Positions 51,918 to 60,343 of a DNA stretch of 64,000 bases are shown here, one piece after another. Numbering within the stretch: position 1 is the first letter of the stretch; every line of letters begins with the position of its first letter. This DNA comes from Rikenellaceae bacterium (GTDB taxonomy: Bacteria > Bacteroidota > Bacteroidia > Bacteroidales > Rikenellaceae). The DNA is taken from assembly GCA_045637425.1 (NCBI GenBank), contig JAZTZL010000010.1:438-64437 (forward strand). The letters run 5' to 3'. Below the pieces are notes generated by a model. That model had not been told where the DNA came from. It did no database searches and saw nothing but the letters and a program-made list of their open reading frames with translations. The translations under genes were made by a program, and so were the position numbers.

Positions 51918-53153
51918 ATGAAACAATTTGCACGTATATTTCTCATTATCTTCACATTGGGGATATTTGAGGTTCAGGCTCAACAGCACCCAGAGAGTCG
52001 AATCAAATTGGTCTTTCGAGAAAAAAGTGTGGTAATCGATCCGACATTTGACAATAATGCTCAAAGAATCGAGGAAATCATTGCCCTTCTGGAAGAAATT
52101 AGAACCGATAGTACAGCTGAAGTTGTTGAAGTTCAGTTTTGTGGTTCGGCATCACCGGAAGACAGTTATCAGTTGAATAAACAATTGGCGAGAGGCCGTT
52201 TACAAGCCCTTGAACGAATTGTACGAAGACAAATTTCAATCCCGGATAGCATCATTGTTAGAAATGACTCATATATTCCTTGGCACGAATTGAAAGCTGC
52301 GGTAGAGGCTTCCGACATCAGCCACAAAGAAGAAATTCTGTCAATCATCGCAGAAAAACCACGTTTGGTTGCCTACCACAGAAAAGGTGAACAAGTGGAT
52401 ATCCGTGTGGAAAAATTGAAACAATTAGATGGAGGTCGTGTTTGGGAAAGAATGGATAGAGAATTCTTCTCAAAACTTAGAAATGCATTCGCAATAATCC
52501 TCACTCGTAGAGTCAACCTGCCGAAAGTAGAAGGTACTCCTGAATTGGTAAATATCTACATCGAAGCACAAGAGAGTGAAATCGAATACCAAAAACCGTT
52601 TGAAATTGAAAAGGCTCCAGAAGAATGGATGCCGCACCTCTACATCAAAACCAATGGTTTGGCGTTGGCTATGGGTGTGAGCAACTTCGCAGTGGAACTT
52701 GACATTACTAAACATCTGTCTTTCACTCTGCCAATTTACTTCTCGGCGTGGAACTACTTCACATCTGAGCTCAAGTTCAGAACATTCGCAGTTCAACCCG
52801 AAGTGAGATATTGGTTCTCTGAGAAAAATGACGGTTGGTTTACTGGTGCACACTTCGGATTCGCATACTACAACGTTGCGTGGTGTGGTGATTGGAGAAT
52901 CCAAGACTATAGACGTGAGAGTCCTACAATGGGAGGTGGTTTAAGTGTTGGATATAGAAAACCACTTGGAGCAAGCAAACGTTGGAAATTGGAATTCTCA
53001 CTTGGCGGAGGCGTATACGATTTGCATTATGACAAATTCCATAACGAGTCAAATGGAGAACTTGCAAAATCAGGAAGAAAAACATTCATCGGTGTGGATA
53101 ATGCAGCTGTAACGTTAGCATATATGTTTGATTTGAAGAAAGGAGGTAAATAA
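51918..53153 (+). CDS. DUF3575-type outer-membrane beta-barrel protein with N-terminal OmpA-like segment
   Basis: Signal peptide, then an OmpA-like FCGSASPEDSYQLNKQLARGRLQAL. C-terminal barrel IKTNGLALAMGVSNFAVELDI...VQPEVRYWF...GAHFGFAYYNVA is typical of DUF3575. Confidence 0.6.
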   Translation: MKQFARIFLIIFTLGIFEVQAQQHPESRIKLVFREKSVVIDPTFDNNAQRIEEIIALLEEIRTDSTAEVVEVQFCGSASPEDSYQLNKQLARGRLQALERIVRRQISIPDSIIVRNDSYIPWHELKAAVEASDISHKEEILSIIAEKPRLVAYHRKGEQVDIRVEKLKQLDGGRVWERMDREFFSKLRNAFAIILTRRVNLPKVEGTPELVNIYIEAQESEIEYQKPFEIEKAPEEWMPHLYIKTNGLALAMGVSNFAVELDITKHLSFTLPIYFSAWNYFTSELKFRTFAVQPEVRYWFSEKNDGWFTGAHFGFAYYNVAWCGDWRIQDYRRESPTMGGGLSVGYRKPLGASKRWKLEFSLGGGVYDLHYDKFHNESNGELAKSGRKTFIGVDNAAVTLAYMFDLKKGGK

Positions 53154-54241
53154 TGAAAACTTTATTGAGAAAAATATTTCAAGTATTTGTTGTTGTAGCA
53201 TTGATACTTTCTTCGGGCTGTAACGTACACGAATGGCCAGGTCCTCTGAAGTTTATTGACATTAAGTTGAAATTGAACTACAAGACCCCAATGACTGTTG
53301 TTGGCGAGAACTACGAAACTCGTGCAGAAGGCTTATTCCCCTCTGATAGGGATATGAGGTACATTGTTCGAGCATACCCCATTTCAGAAAGTGGTGTAGT
53401 CTCAAAAGAGCACTCTTATGAACATATATTCGTAGACAAAGCATCTGATGGTTATGATTGTGAAGTCGTATTGAGTATCGCTCCTGGAAAATACAAACTA
53501 ATGGTATGGTCGGATATCGTTCCCGTTGGTAGCACTGAAAATGAATACTATGATGCGAAGAACTTTGGTAGTATTCTACTTAAAAATCACGTCGCAAATA
53601 CAGACTATCGTGATGCATTCAGAGGTTGGAAAGAGGTGTATATTGAAACAATTTTAATCAGACCTGAAGAACCTGAAGTATTTGAGATTGAAATGTTGAG
53701 ACCTCTTGGAAAATTTGAATTGGTTTCTGATGACATTCTCGAATTCGTTGAGAGGGAAGAAAAGATTGCAAAATATCGCGTAACAGGTTCTAAGGGGGAT
53801 TCAAAAGGAGACTCTAAGGTTGATATCGACGATTACAAAATCGAAATAGAATATTCAGGTTGGATGCAGGACGAATACTCATTGTTCGAAGATGCCCACA
53901 TTAATGCTCATAAATATAAGTTTGAATCTAAACTTATCAAGATTAATGAAAGAGAGGCTTCGTTAGGTTTCGACTACATCTTCGTAAACGAGGAACCGAA
54001 CACAACTATCCGTATCATCATCTACGACAAGTTCGGAAACTTGGTATCAACATCAGAAGACATTAAGGTGCCAATTGCAAGAAGTCAGCATACTATCTTG
54101 AGAGGTAAATTCTTAACGTCTAAAGCATCAGGAGGTGTATATATCAATCCTGAATTTACAGACGACCACAATATCTTCTTCGGCATGGAACAGCCGGCTC
54201 CTGCTCCGGCTCCTACTCCAGCACCGGCAACTCAAGAATAA
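53153..54241 (+). CDS. Lipoprotein, FimB/Mfa2-like pilus anchor/terminator candidate
   Basis: Lipobox ILSSGC followed by NVHEWP. TAATG junction with the DUF3575 gene. C-terminal PAPAPAPTPAPA low-complexity tail. Confidence 0.45.
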   Translation: MKTLLRKIFQVFVVVALILSSGCNVHEWPGPLKFIDIKLKLNYKTPMTVVGENYETRAEGLFPSDRDMRYIVRAYPISESGVVSKEHSYEHIFVDKASDGYDCEVVLSIAPGKYKLMVWSDIVPVGSTENEYYDAKNFGSILLKNHVANTDYRDAFRGWKEVYIETILIRPEEPEVFEIEMLRPLGKFELVSDDILEFVEREEKIAKYRVTGSKGDSKGDSKVDIDDYKIEIEYSGWMQDEYSLFEDAHINAHKYKFESKLIKINEREASLGFDYIFVNEEPNTTIRIIIYDKFGNLVSTSEDIKVPIARSQHTILRGKFLTSKASGGVYINPEFTDDHNIFFGMEQPAPAPAPTPAPATQE

Positions 54242-54310
54242 GGTGATGACTATGGTTATTAACTTGATGAGTGTGATTGTTGATTAACTTTATCAAGTAA
54301 AATATCAAAT

Positions 54311-54350
54311 AAAGAAGTGCGATCGGATTTCCAATCGCACTTCTTTATTC
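54311..54350 (+). terminator. Terminator after pilus-like locus
   Basis: Perfect 13-bp stem aaagaagtgcgat / atcgcacttcttt followed by attcc. Confidence 0.6.
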
Positions 54351-54352
54351 CG

Positions 54353-54389
54353 AAAAAATAAGCGCTACCACTTTTCGGTAGCGCTTATT
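54353..54389 (-). terminator. Terminator after folB
   Basis: On the minus strand, a 13-bp stem aataagcgctacc / ggtagcgcttatt is followed by tttttt. It lies directly after the folB stop. Confidence 0.7.
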
Positions 54390-54749
54390 CTATATCGACA
54401 TCGTAACACTTACTCTAGTGAGCGGCCCTCCAAGCGGAGGCGCTAATTTCGATACCTTAACCGTAGCCGACTTTAATTGCTCAGGGAAGTTGCTCTTGAG
54501 CGACTCCAAAATGCGACGAGCTACGTTTTCCAGAATGCGCGACGGCTGAGCCATCTGTTCTGCCACTAACTCATAGATTGTCAAATAATTAACAGTCTTA
54601 GTAATATCATCTTCTGTAGCTGCCGTTCCAACGTCTACCATCATCTCAAGCCAAACAAGAAATCGATTGCCAACTTTCTGTTCGAGATCATAACACCCGT
54701 GAGCCGAGTAAAACTCCATCTCCTCTAGTTCGATTTTAACAAGTTCCAT
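54390..54749 (-). CDS. folB: Dihydroneopterin aldolase
   Basis: 119 aa. FYSAHGCYDLEQKVGNRF...VNYLTIYELV fits the FolB tunnelling-fold pattern. Confidence 0.88.
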   Translation of the reverse strand: MELVKIELEEMEFYSAHGCYDLEQKVGNRFLVWLEMMVDVGTAATEDDITKTVNYLTIYELVAEQMAQPSRILENVARRILESLKSNFPEQLKSATVKVSKLAPPLGGPLTRVSVTMSI

Positions 54750-54873
54750 CTTTAATCATATTTTACTGCAAATATATACAATGCCGCTCTTAAATACAAA
54801 TTTTTGAATTACGGCACAAAATTTGTCCATCTGTTATTCAAAACTTTGAAGTTGAATAACCTTATTAAATTTT

Positions 54874-56118
54874 ATGAAAAAAATTACATTAACACTTGCT
54901 GCAATCGCATCTACACTCACGATTTCGGCACAGGTTGCGAACACGGCTCAATCGCACCAAACATTCGAAGACAAACTTATGCAGAACATCGACCATCGAT
55001 TCAGCGAACCTTCGACTCCGAGATTCATCTTCGTAGACCGACAAATGAAATATGCACTCGGTATGGGTGGTAGCGTGAGACTCACCTCATCATTCGGATT
55101 CGGTAAAATTATACCACAGACTCCGGCATATAGTTTCATTCCGGCACAAATCAGAACAGGTGATATTCCGTTGGCTAAATCACAATATCTGATGTCGGCA
55201 AATACATCGCAGATTTTCTTCAAACTCGTAGGTCATAACCCTATTTTGAAAGATTTTACAACATTTGTTTCGATGAATTTCACAGGTGGCGAGTCGGGCA
55301 AGGAGCCACAACTCAGACAAGCATACGTTACCTTCCGAGGCATCACTGCTGGTCGCGCGTGGAGCGCATTCAACGACCTTGCTGCAGTGCCGCCAACCAT
55401 CGACTTCCAAGGTCCCAATGGCGCATCAGAACTGTTGAACTACCAGATTCGCTACACGCTCGATTTGGGTCACCGCTGGAGATTGGCTGCGTCTGCCGAA
55501 ATGCCATCAATTTCCGCTACTTATGGCGAGTATAACACCGAACTCGACCAAAGTATCCCCGACTTCATTATCTATGGTCAATACCAATGGAACAATGGCA
55601 AAAACCACATTCGATTGTCAGGATTGATTCGCAATATGAACTACCACGACGATGAAGCCGATAAAAACCGAATCAACACAGGCTGGGCCGCACAACTCAG
55701 CGGATTAGCAAATATCACTCCGTCACTCACTGCATTCTGGCAAGCAACCTACGGCGAAGGTTTCGGTTCTTACATCAATGACCTGAGTATGCTTGACCTG
55801 GATATGGTACCGAATAATAACACGCAGGGCAAAATGCAATCACTCGAGGCGTGGGCAGGCTACGCAGGGCTGAAGATGGAATTCTCGCCCAGAGTCTTCT
55901 GCTCGGTAACATACAGCCAGGCTAAGGTCTATTCAAAAGATAGTTTCTTCATAGAAAATATGTATAAAACAGGGCAATACATAGCAGGTAACGTATTCTG
56001 GAATCTGACCGAAAACTGCCATATCGGCGCAGAATATCTGCTGGGTAAACGCACAAATATGAATAACGAAGACCGTAGCGCAAACCGAGTAAATCTGTTA
56101 GTTCAATATAATTTCTAA
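54874..56118 (+). CDS. Outer-membrane porin-like beta-barrel protein
   Basis: Signal peptide MKKITLTLAAIASTLTISAQ. Alternating amphipathic strands. The C-terminal beta-signal ends in an aromatic residue (LLVQYNF). Confidence 0.55.
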   Translation: MKKITLTLAAIASTLTISAQVANTAQSHQTFEDKLMQNIDHRFSEPSTPRFIFVDRQMKYALGMGGSVRLTSSFGFGKIIPQTPAYSFIPAQIRTGDIPLAKSQYLMSANTSQIFFKLVGHNPILKDFTTFVSMNFTGGESGKEPQLRQAYVTFRGITAGRAWSAFNDLAAVPPTIDFQGPNGASELLNYQIRYTLDLGHRWRLAASAEMPSISATYGEYNTELDQSIPDFIIYGQYQWNNGKNHIRLSGLIRNMNYHDDEADKNRINTGWAAQLSGLANITPSLTAFWQATYGEGFGSYINDLSMLDLDMVPNNNTQGKMQSLEAWAGYAGLKMEFSPRVFCSVTYSQAKVYSKDSFFIENMYKTGQYIAGNVFWNLTENCHIGAEYLLGKRTNMNNEDRSANRVNLLVQYNF

Positions 56119-56142
56119 TCCCTATTCATTCCTTCTACTGCG

Positions 56143-56184
56143 TCGGAGAGAACTAAAATTCAAAAAAGGTCTCTCCGATTTTTT
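56143..56184 (+). terminator. Terminator after porin gene
   Basis: Stem tcggagag / ctctccga (8 bp with a long 20-nt loop) followed by T6. Confidence 0.45.
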
Positions 56185-56230
56185 ATCTGAAAATTTTCGA
56201 TTGAGGCGTTCAAATTTGAAGAAAAATTTG

Positions 56231-56238
56231 TATATTTG
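56231..56238 (+). promoter_or_regulatory. -7 box TATATTTG upstream of rubrerythrin
   Basis: TAnnTTTG match 35 nt upstream of the ATG at 56273. Confidence 0.4.
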
Positions 56239-56272
56239 TAATCAATATAAACCCTAAAAAAAATCGAAAATT

Positions 56273-56935
56273 ATGAAGAAATATCGTTGTACTGTATGTG
56301 GTTATATCCACGAAGGTGAACTCACAGCAGACTTTGTATGCCCGAAATGCAAAAAACCTGCATCATTCTTTGAAGAAGTAGTTGAAGAAAAAGCAGCAGG
56401 AAATCCTTATGCAGGCACCAAAACTGAAAAGAACCTGATGGACGCTTTCGCAGGAGAAAGCCAAGCTCGCAATAAATATACCTATTTTGCAGAAGTTGCT
56501 CGTCGTGAAGGTTACGAACAACTGGCTGAGATTTTCTTGCAGACTGCTCGCAACGAACAAGAACACGCTCGTCTGTGGTTCGAGGCACTGAACGGTATCG
56601 GCAATACTGCAGAAAACTTATTGCACGCAGCTGAAGGTGAAAACTACGAATGGACAGATATGTATGACCGCTTTGCTAAAGATGCAGAAGAAGAAGGTTT
56701 CGCTGAATTGGCAGAACGTTTCCGCCGTGTTGCTGCAATCGAAAAACAACACGAAGAACGCTACCGCAAACTGCTCAACAACGTCGAAATGAAACAAGTT
56801 TTCGAAAAAGGCGAACAAGTTATGTGGGAATGCCGCGTATGTGGACACATAGTAGTTGGTAACAAGGCTCCGGAAGTTTGCCCAGTATGCAAATACTCTC
56901 AAAGCTACTTCGAAGTAAGAAAAGAAAATTATTAG
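56273..56935 (+). CDS. rbr: Rubrerythrin with rubredoxin-like CxxC...CxxC modules at both termini
   Basis: N-terminal CTVCGY...CPKC. Diiron four-helix core ([31 protein letters not shown]). C-terminal CRVCGH...CPVC. Confidence 0.9.
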   Translation: MKKYRCTVCGYIHEGELTADFVCPKCKKPASFFEEVVEEKAAGNPYAGTKTEKNLMDAFAGESQARNKYTYFAEVARREGYEQLAEIFLQTARNEQEHARLWFEALNGIGNTAENLLHAAEGENYEWTDMYDRFAKDAEEEGFAELAERFRRVAAIEKQHEERYRKLLNNVEMKQVFEKGEQVMWECRVCGHIVVGNKAPEVCPVCKYSQSYFEVRKENY

Positions 56936-56987
56936 TATTTATACTCCAATAATTGTTTTCACGTTATTTAATTAAAAATTTAGAGCT

Positions 56988-57512
56988 ATGTTAAGTCAGA
57001 AATTGCAAGATGCTATCAATGCACAAATCAACGCCGAATTGTGGTCGGCATACCTCTACCTGGCGATGTCTATGGACGCTGAAGCTAAGGGTTACAAAGG
57101 CGTAGCAAACTGGTTTTTCGTTCAGTTCCAAGAAGAACAAGACCACGCTCGCATCTTTATGAACTATCTGAATTCACGCGACGTTAAGGTTGAACTCAAA
57201 CCTATCGAAGCTGTAGATACAACTTGGAATTCTGTTCTGGATATGTACAAACAGACTCTCGAACACGAAAAACGAGTTACTGCAATGATTAACAACATCG
57301 CTGCTATCGCAAGAGAAGATAACGACTTCGCATCTATAAACCGTATGGTTTGGTTCATTGACGAACAGGTGGAAGAAGAGGAATCGGCTCGAGATATGAT
57401 TACTGCACTTGAGGCTGTCGAAGGCAATAAGTACGGTATGTATATGTTAGATAAAGAATTGGCGACAAGAACTTACGCTGCGCCATCTCCGCTGACAACT
57501 ACTGAAGAATAA
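56988..57512 (+). CDS. ftnA: Non-heme ferritin
   Basis: 174 aa. INAELWSAYLYLAMS, FQEEQDHA and LEHEKRVT are ferroxidase-centre residues. Confidence 0.9.
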   Translation: MLSQKLQDAINAQINAELWSAYLYLAMSMDAEAKGYKGVANWFFVQFQEEQDHARIFMNYLNSRDVKVELKPIEAVDTTWNSVLDMYKQTLEHEKRVTAMINNIAAIAREDNDFASINRMVWFIDEQVEEEESARDMITALEAVEGNKYGMYMLDKELATRTYAAPSPLTTTEE

Positions 57513-57537
57513 TTATTAATGTTCAATTTTGAAATGA

Positions 57538-57572
57538 GGGGAATGCTCTATTGAGGAGCAATCCCCTTTTTT
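57538..57572 (+). terminator. Terminator after ferritin (possibly bidirectional, abuts convergent carrier-protein gene)
   Basis: Stem ggggaatgctc / gagcaatcccc (one mismatch) followed by T6. Confidence 0.6.
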
Positions 57573-57573
57573 A

Positions 57574-57792
57574 TTACTCCATAAAGTTTACGACATCTGC
57601 TACGGTAACAAACGAGCGAATGTCCGCACCGGTCAGTTTCTTGCCGAATTCGTCATCAAACAACACAATCAACGCCAACTTCGACATCGAATCATATTGG
57701 TCAATATCGGCCAATTTAGTATCTTCTGCGAGCGTTCCAGGCTCGATGTCAAGCATCTCCTCAAAGAGTCGAATTTTATCTGTACGATTCAT
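57574..57792 (-). CDS. Stand-alone acyl/peptidyl carrier protein (carrier 2)
   Basis: 72 aa, acidic four-helix size. Phosphopantetheine-attachment context IDQYDSMSKLALI. Confidence 0.7.
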   Translation of the reverse strand: MNRTDKIRLFEEMLDIEPGTLAEDTKLADIDQYDSMSKLALIVLFDDEFGKKLTGADIRSFVTVADVVNFME

Positions 57793-57795
57793 ATT

Positions 57796-58026
57796 CTATT
57801 GTGCATTTTTTAGTTTCGTAATCAAATCCCATATAGACTGCGCCGAATTGAAATTTTCAGGGTCGAGTTCCGAGATGCGAATCTGCACCCCGAACGCGTC
57901 GTCTAATTCGGAGATTATCGATGCAATGTCGAACGAATCCAACACACCATCATCAACCAGCGCACTCTCACAAGCAAAATCGACATCTGGTCTGATTGTC
58001 TTCAAAATTTCCAGTAATTTATCCAT
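57796..58026 (-). CDS. Stand-alone carrier protein, DltC-like (carrier 1)
   Basis: 76 aa. Attachment motif GVLDSFDIASII. Little similarity to the neighbouring carrier. Confidence 0.7.
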   Translation of the reverse strand: MDKLLEILKTIRPDVDFACESALVDDGVLDSFDIASIISELDDAFGVQIRISELDPENFNSAQSIWDLITKLKNAQ

Positions 58027-58029
58027 AGT

Positions 58030-58830
58030 TCATAATTTTAACATCGAAAATGAATATTTATTAGTCGAGCCAAATCCCATTTTTTTGTAGAGATTCTGCG
58101 CCGATGAGTTATCCTGTCGCACCCAAAGCGAGTAGCGCGAATTAACGTTGCGGCAGACGCGAACAAACTCCGACACCAACTGTCGAGCAATCCCCTGCCC
58201 TCGTAATTCGGGCTCCACGACGATGTGTGCCAAAACATTCTTGCCCGACTGCGTATCATAGTGCAGCGCTGCACGAGGCTCGCCACCTACCAATGCAATC
58301 AAAATCACACCCTTCGCCAGCAATGATTCACACTCTGCAACTTCAATATAGTCGCCCGTATATGGGTCGAATGTTGAATTGAACAGATTTACTGCATACT
58401 CAACCTCTCCCAACGATGATGCAGGGCGCACATCGCAACCACAATCCTCTGAATAAAGTTCAATATCATCATACTTAGCCTCGTACAATACTCTCGAAAT
58501 ATGAGGCGACCAACCGCTACGCTGCCAATAATCAGACTCTGCGAGTGGGAATCCACCTGCACGATGGACAATCTCCAGCACAAAAGTACCGTCTGCAAGC
58601 AGCAATGGTTCGCTCAAGTCATTCAGATAGTAATATACCCGCTGACAACGAGCCTGCTCAACCAGCAATGCCAAATTATTCTCAGTACAGCAATACGACA
58701 ACCTACCAGACTGCACAATGCGTTCTACTTGCGTGCGCATCATATAGTTGTTTGTCAGTGACTTTGGCCGACAATACACCTCCAGCAATCTGTTCAATTC
58801 CGCAAAATCTGCTATCCTATTGGCACTCAT
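58030..58830 (-). CDS. Two-domain GNAT-family N-acyltransferase
   Basis: The C-terminal ~110 aa carry the GNAT CoA motif VEPELRGQGIARQLV and NSSAQNLYKKMGF. The N-terminal ~150 aa are unassigned. 14-nt overlap with the adenylation gene. Confidence 0.75.
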   Translation of the reverse strand: MSANRIADFAELNRLLEVYCRPKSLTNNYMMRTQVERIVQSGRLSYCCTENNLALLVEQARCQRVYYYLNDLSEPLLLADGTFVLEIVHRAGGFPLAESDYWQRSGWSPHISRVLYEAKYDDIELYSEDCGCDVRPASSLGEVEYAVNLFNSTFDPYTGDYIEVAECESLLAKGVILIALVGGEPRAALHYDTQSGKNVLAHIVVEPELRGQGIARQLVSEFVRVCRNVNSRYSLWVRQDNSSAQNLYKKMGFGSTNKYSFSMLKL

Positions 58831-60343
58831 AAATTCGTTTCAATTCCACTCTGTCAATCTTTCCGTTTCGGTTATAGGGCATCTGTCCGAGCAAATCAAC
58901 CCTACTCGGAACCATATATTTTGGCAACTGCTCACGAATAACTGCCACCACATCTATCGGCTGAGAATCAACCGTTGTATAATACAGCACAATCTGTCCA
59001 CGCTGCGAATCGTAAATGCACGCAGCACTCGTTACCCTCTCAATAGAGCAGGCAACAGCCTCAATTTCCCCCAATTCGATGCGGTATCCCTGATGTTTTA
59101 TCTGGTTATCTCGACGAGATACGAATTCGAGTTCACCGCGAGAATTACACCGAACAAGGTCTCCCGTACGGTAAACCCTGTCACAATATAGATTATGCAG
59201 AGGATTCTGAACAAATACTTCATCGCTATACGATTGGTTGTTGAAGTACCCCAAAGCTACTCCCGTTCCCCTCACATAGAGTTCGCCAATCTCACCCTGT
59301 TCTGCGAGTTGCCCACTATCATTGAGCACAAACACCTGCTTATTCCGACAAGCCGTTCCTATCGGTATAAATTGGTCATCTTCGAACTCGCTATCAACTA
59401 CATAGTATGTGCAATCAACCGTGATTTCCGTAGGACCATACAAGTTTACAAACTGCACATCAGGCAAATTTTCTCGCCAAACCCGAAGATATTTCGCACA
59501 CATTGGCTCGCCCGCAAAAAATACCTTTTTCAAATAGCGAGGAATCTGCTGTTCAAATATATTGCTATTCCCGACCATCACTACAGCAGAAGTTGCCCAC
59601 AACACTACGCTTATTCTATTATCATTCAGATAGTTAATCAGCAATTTCGGAAATATAAAAAATTTATTGGGAACTATGTGCAGTTCGGCTCCCGTACGCA
59701 TCGAAATGTATATATCCTTAACCGACGCATCAAAATAGAAAGGAGTCTGGTTAGCAATATTATCGCTCGCCGAAAAGCCAAAAGTTTCGACAAGCCAGTT
59801 TGTTAAGTCCATTACTCCTCGATGAGAAACGACTACGCCCTTGGGTATTCCCGTAGAACCGCTGGTAAAGATTACATACAACGGATCGCAATCAATCATC
59901 TGGAGTTCAATCTGCGCTAGTTCAGTCACATTAACTTCGTGCGCAACTATTTCGGCATAGTCTAATCTGGCTCCAGCAAACCCTATCTCGTCGAGCAGAT
60001 TTAGGTGCTGCGGAGTAATCGAAACGGCAGCAATCGGATTGAGTTGCTCAACAATCGACCTCAACCGAGAAGCAGGCATAGACGAATCAATCGGCACATA
60101 AAAATTACCACTTGCGACTACGCCCATAAATGCAACAATGCTCTCCAGCCGTCGCTCGACAAAGACAATAACAGGCTGTCGCACAATACCAAGCGACTCA
60201 GCTATGGCACTGCCGATACTTTGCGCTGCGCAGTACCACTGCGCGAAAGTCAAACTACTGCGTTCGTCTACAAGCGCACGCTTATCAGCAGACCTCTCTG
60301 CCGTAGCTCGTAACCAACTTATGACGTTTGTTTGCATAATCAT
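58817..60343 (-). CDS. Stand-alone amino-acid adenylation enzyme (ANL superfamily, DltA-like)
   Basis: 508 aa. Core motifs LYVIFTSGSTGIPKGV (A3), YGPTE (A5), YRTGDLV (A8) and NGKIDR (A10). Confidence 0.9.
   Translation of the reverse strand: MIMQTNVISWLRATAERSADKRALVDERSSLTFAQWYCAAQSIGSAIAESLGIVRQPVIVFVERRLESIVAFMGVVASGNFYVPIDSSMPASRLRSIVEQLNPIAAVSITPQHLNLLDEIGFAGARLDYAEIVAHEVNVTELAQIELQMIDCDPLYVIFTSGSTGIPKGVVVSHRGVMDLTNWLVETFGFSASDNIANQTPFYFDASVKDIYISMRTGAELHIVPNKFFIFPKLLINYLNDNRISVVLWATSAVVMVGNSNIFEQQIPRYLKKVFFAGEPMCAKYLRVWRENLPDVQFVNLYGPTEITVDCTYYVVDSEFEDDQFIPIGTACRNKQVFVLNDSGQLAEQGEIGELYVRGTGVALGYFNNQSYSDEVFVQNPLHNLYCDRVYRTGDLVRCNSRGELEFVSRRDNQIKHQGYRIELGEIEAVACSIERVTSAACIYDSQRGQIVLYYTTVDSQPIDVVAVIREQLPKYMVPSRVDLLGQMPYNRNGKIDRVELKRIYECQ

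Noticed and set aside
57551-58090. 179-aa plus-strand ORF spanning both carrier-protein genes
   Set aside because: Ser-rich low-complexity shadow frame. The minus strand encodes two well-formed carrier proteins with Ser attachment motifs, and the ferritin terminator lies at its start.
59195-59806. 203-aa plus-strand ORF
   Set aside because: Antisense to the adenylation-enzyme gene, which carries the A3, A5, A8 and A10 core motifs.
58817-60343. Interpretation of the DltA-like enzyme plus carrier as a teichoic-acid D-alanylation (dlt) operon
   Set aside because: No dltB (MBOAT) or dltD is present. The genomic context is Gram-negative Bacteroidales and the neighbours are sugar-modifying enzymes. 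A glycan-tailoring role is more plausible.
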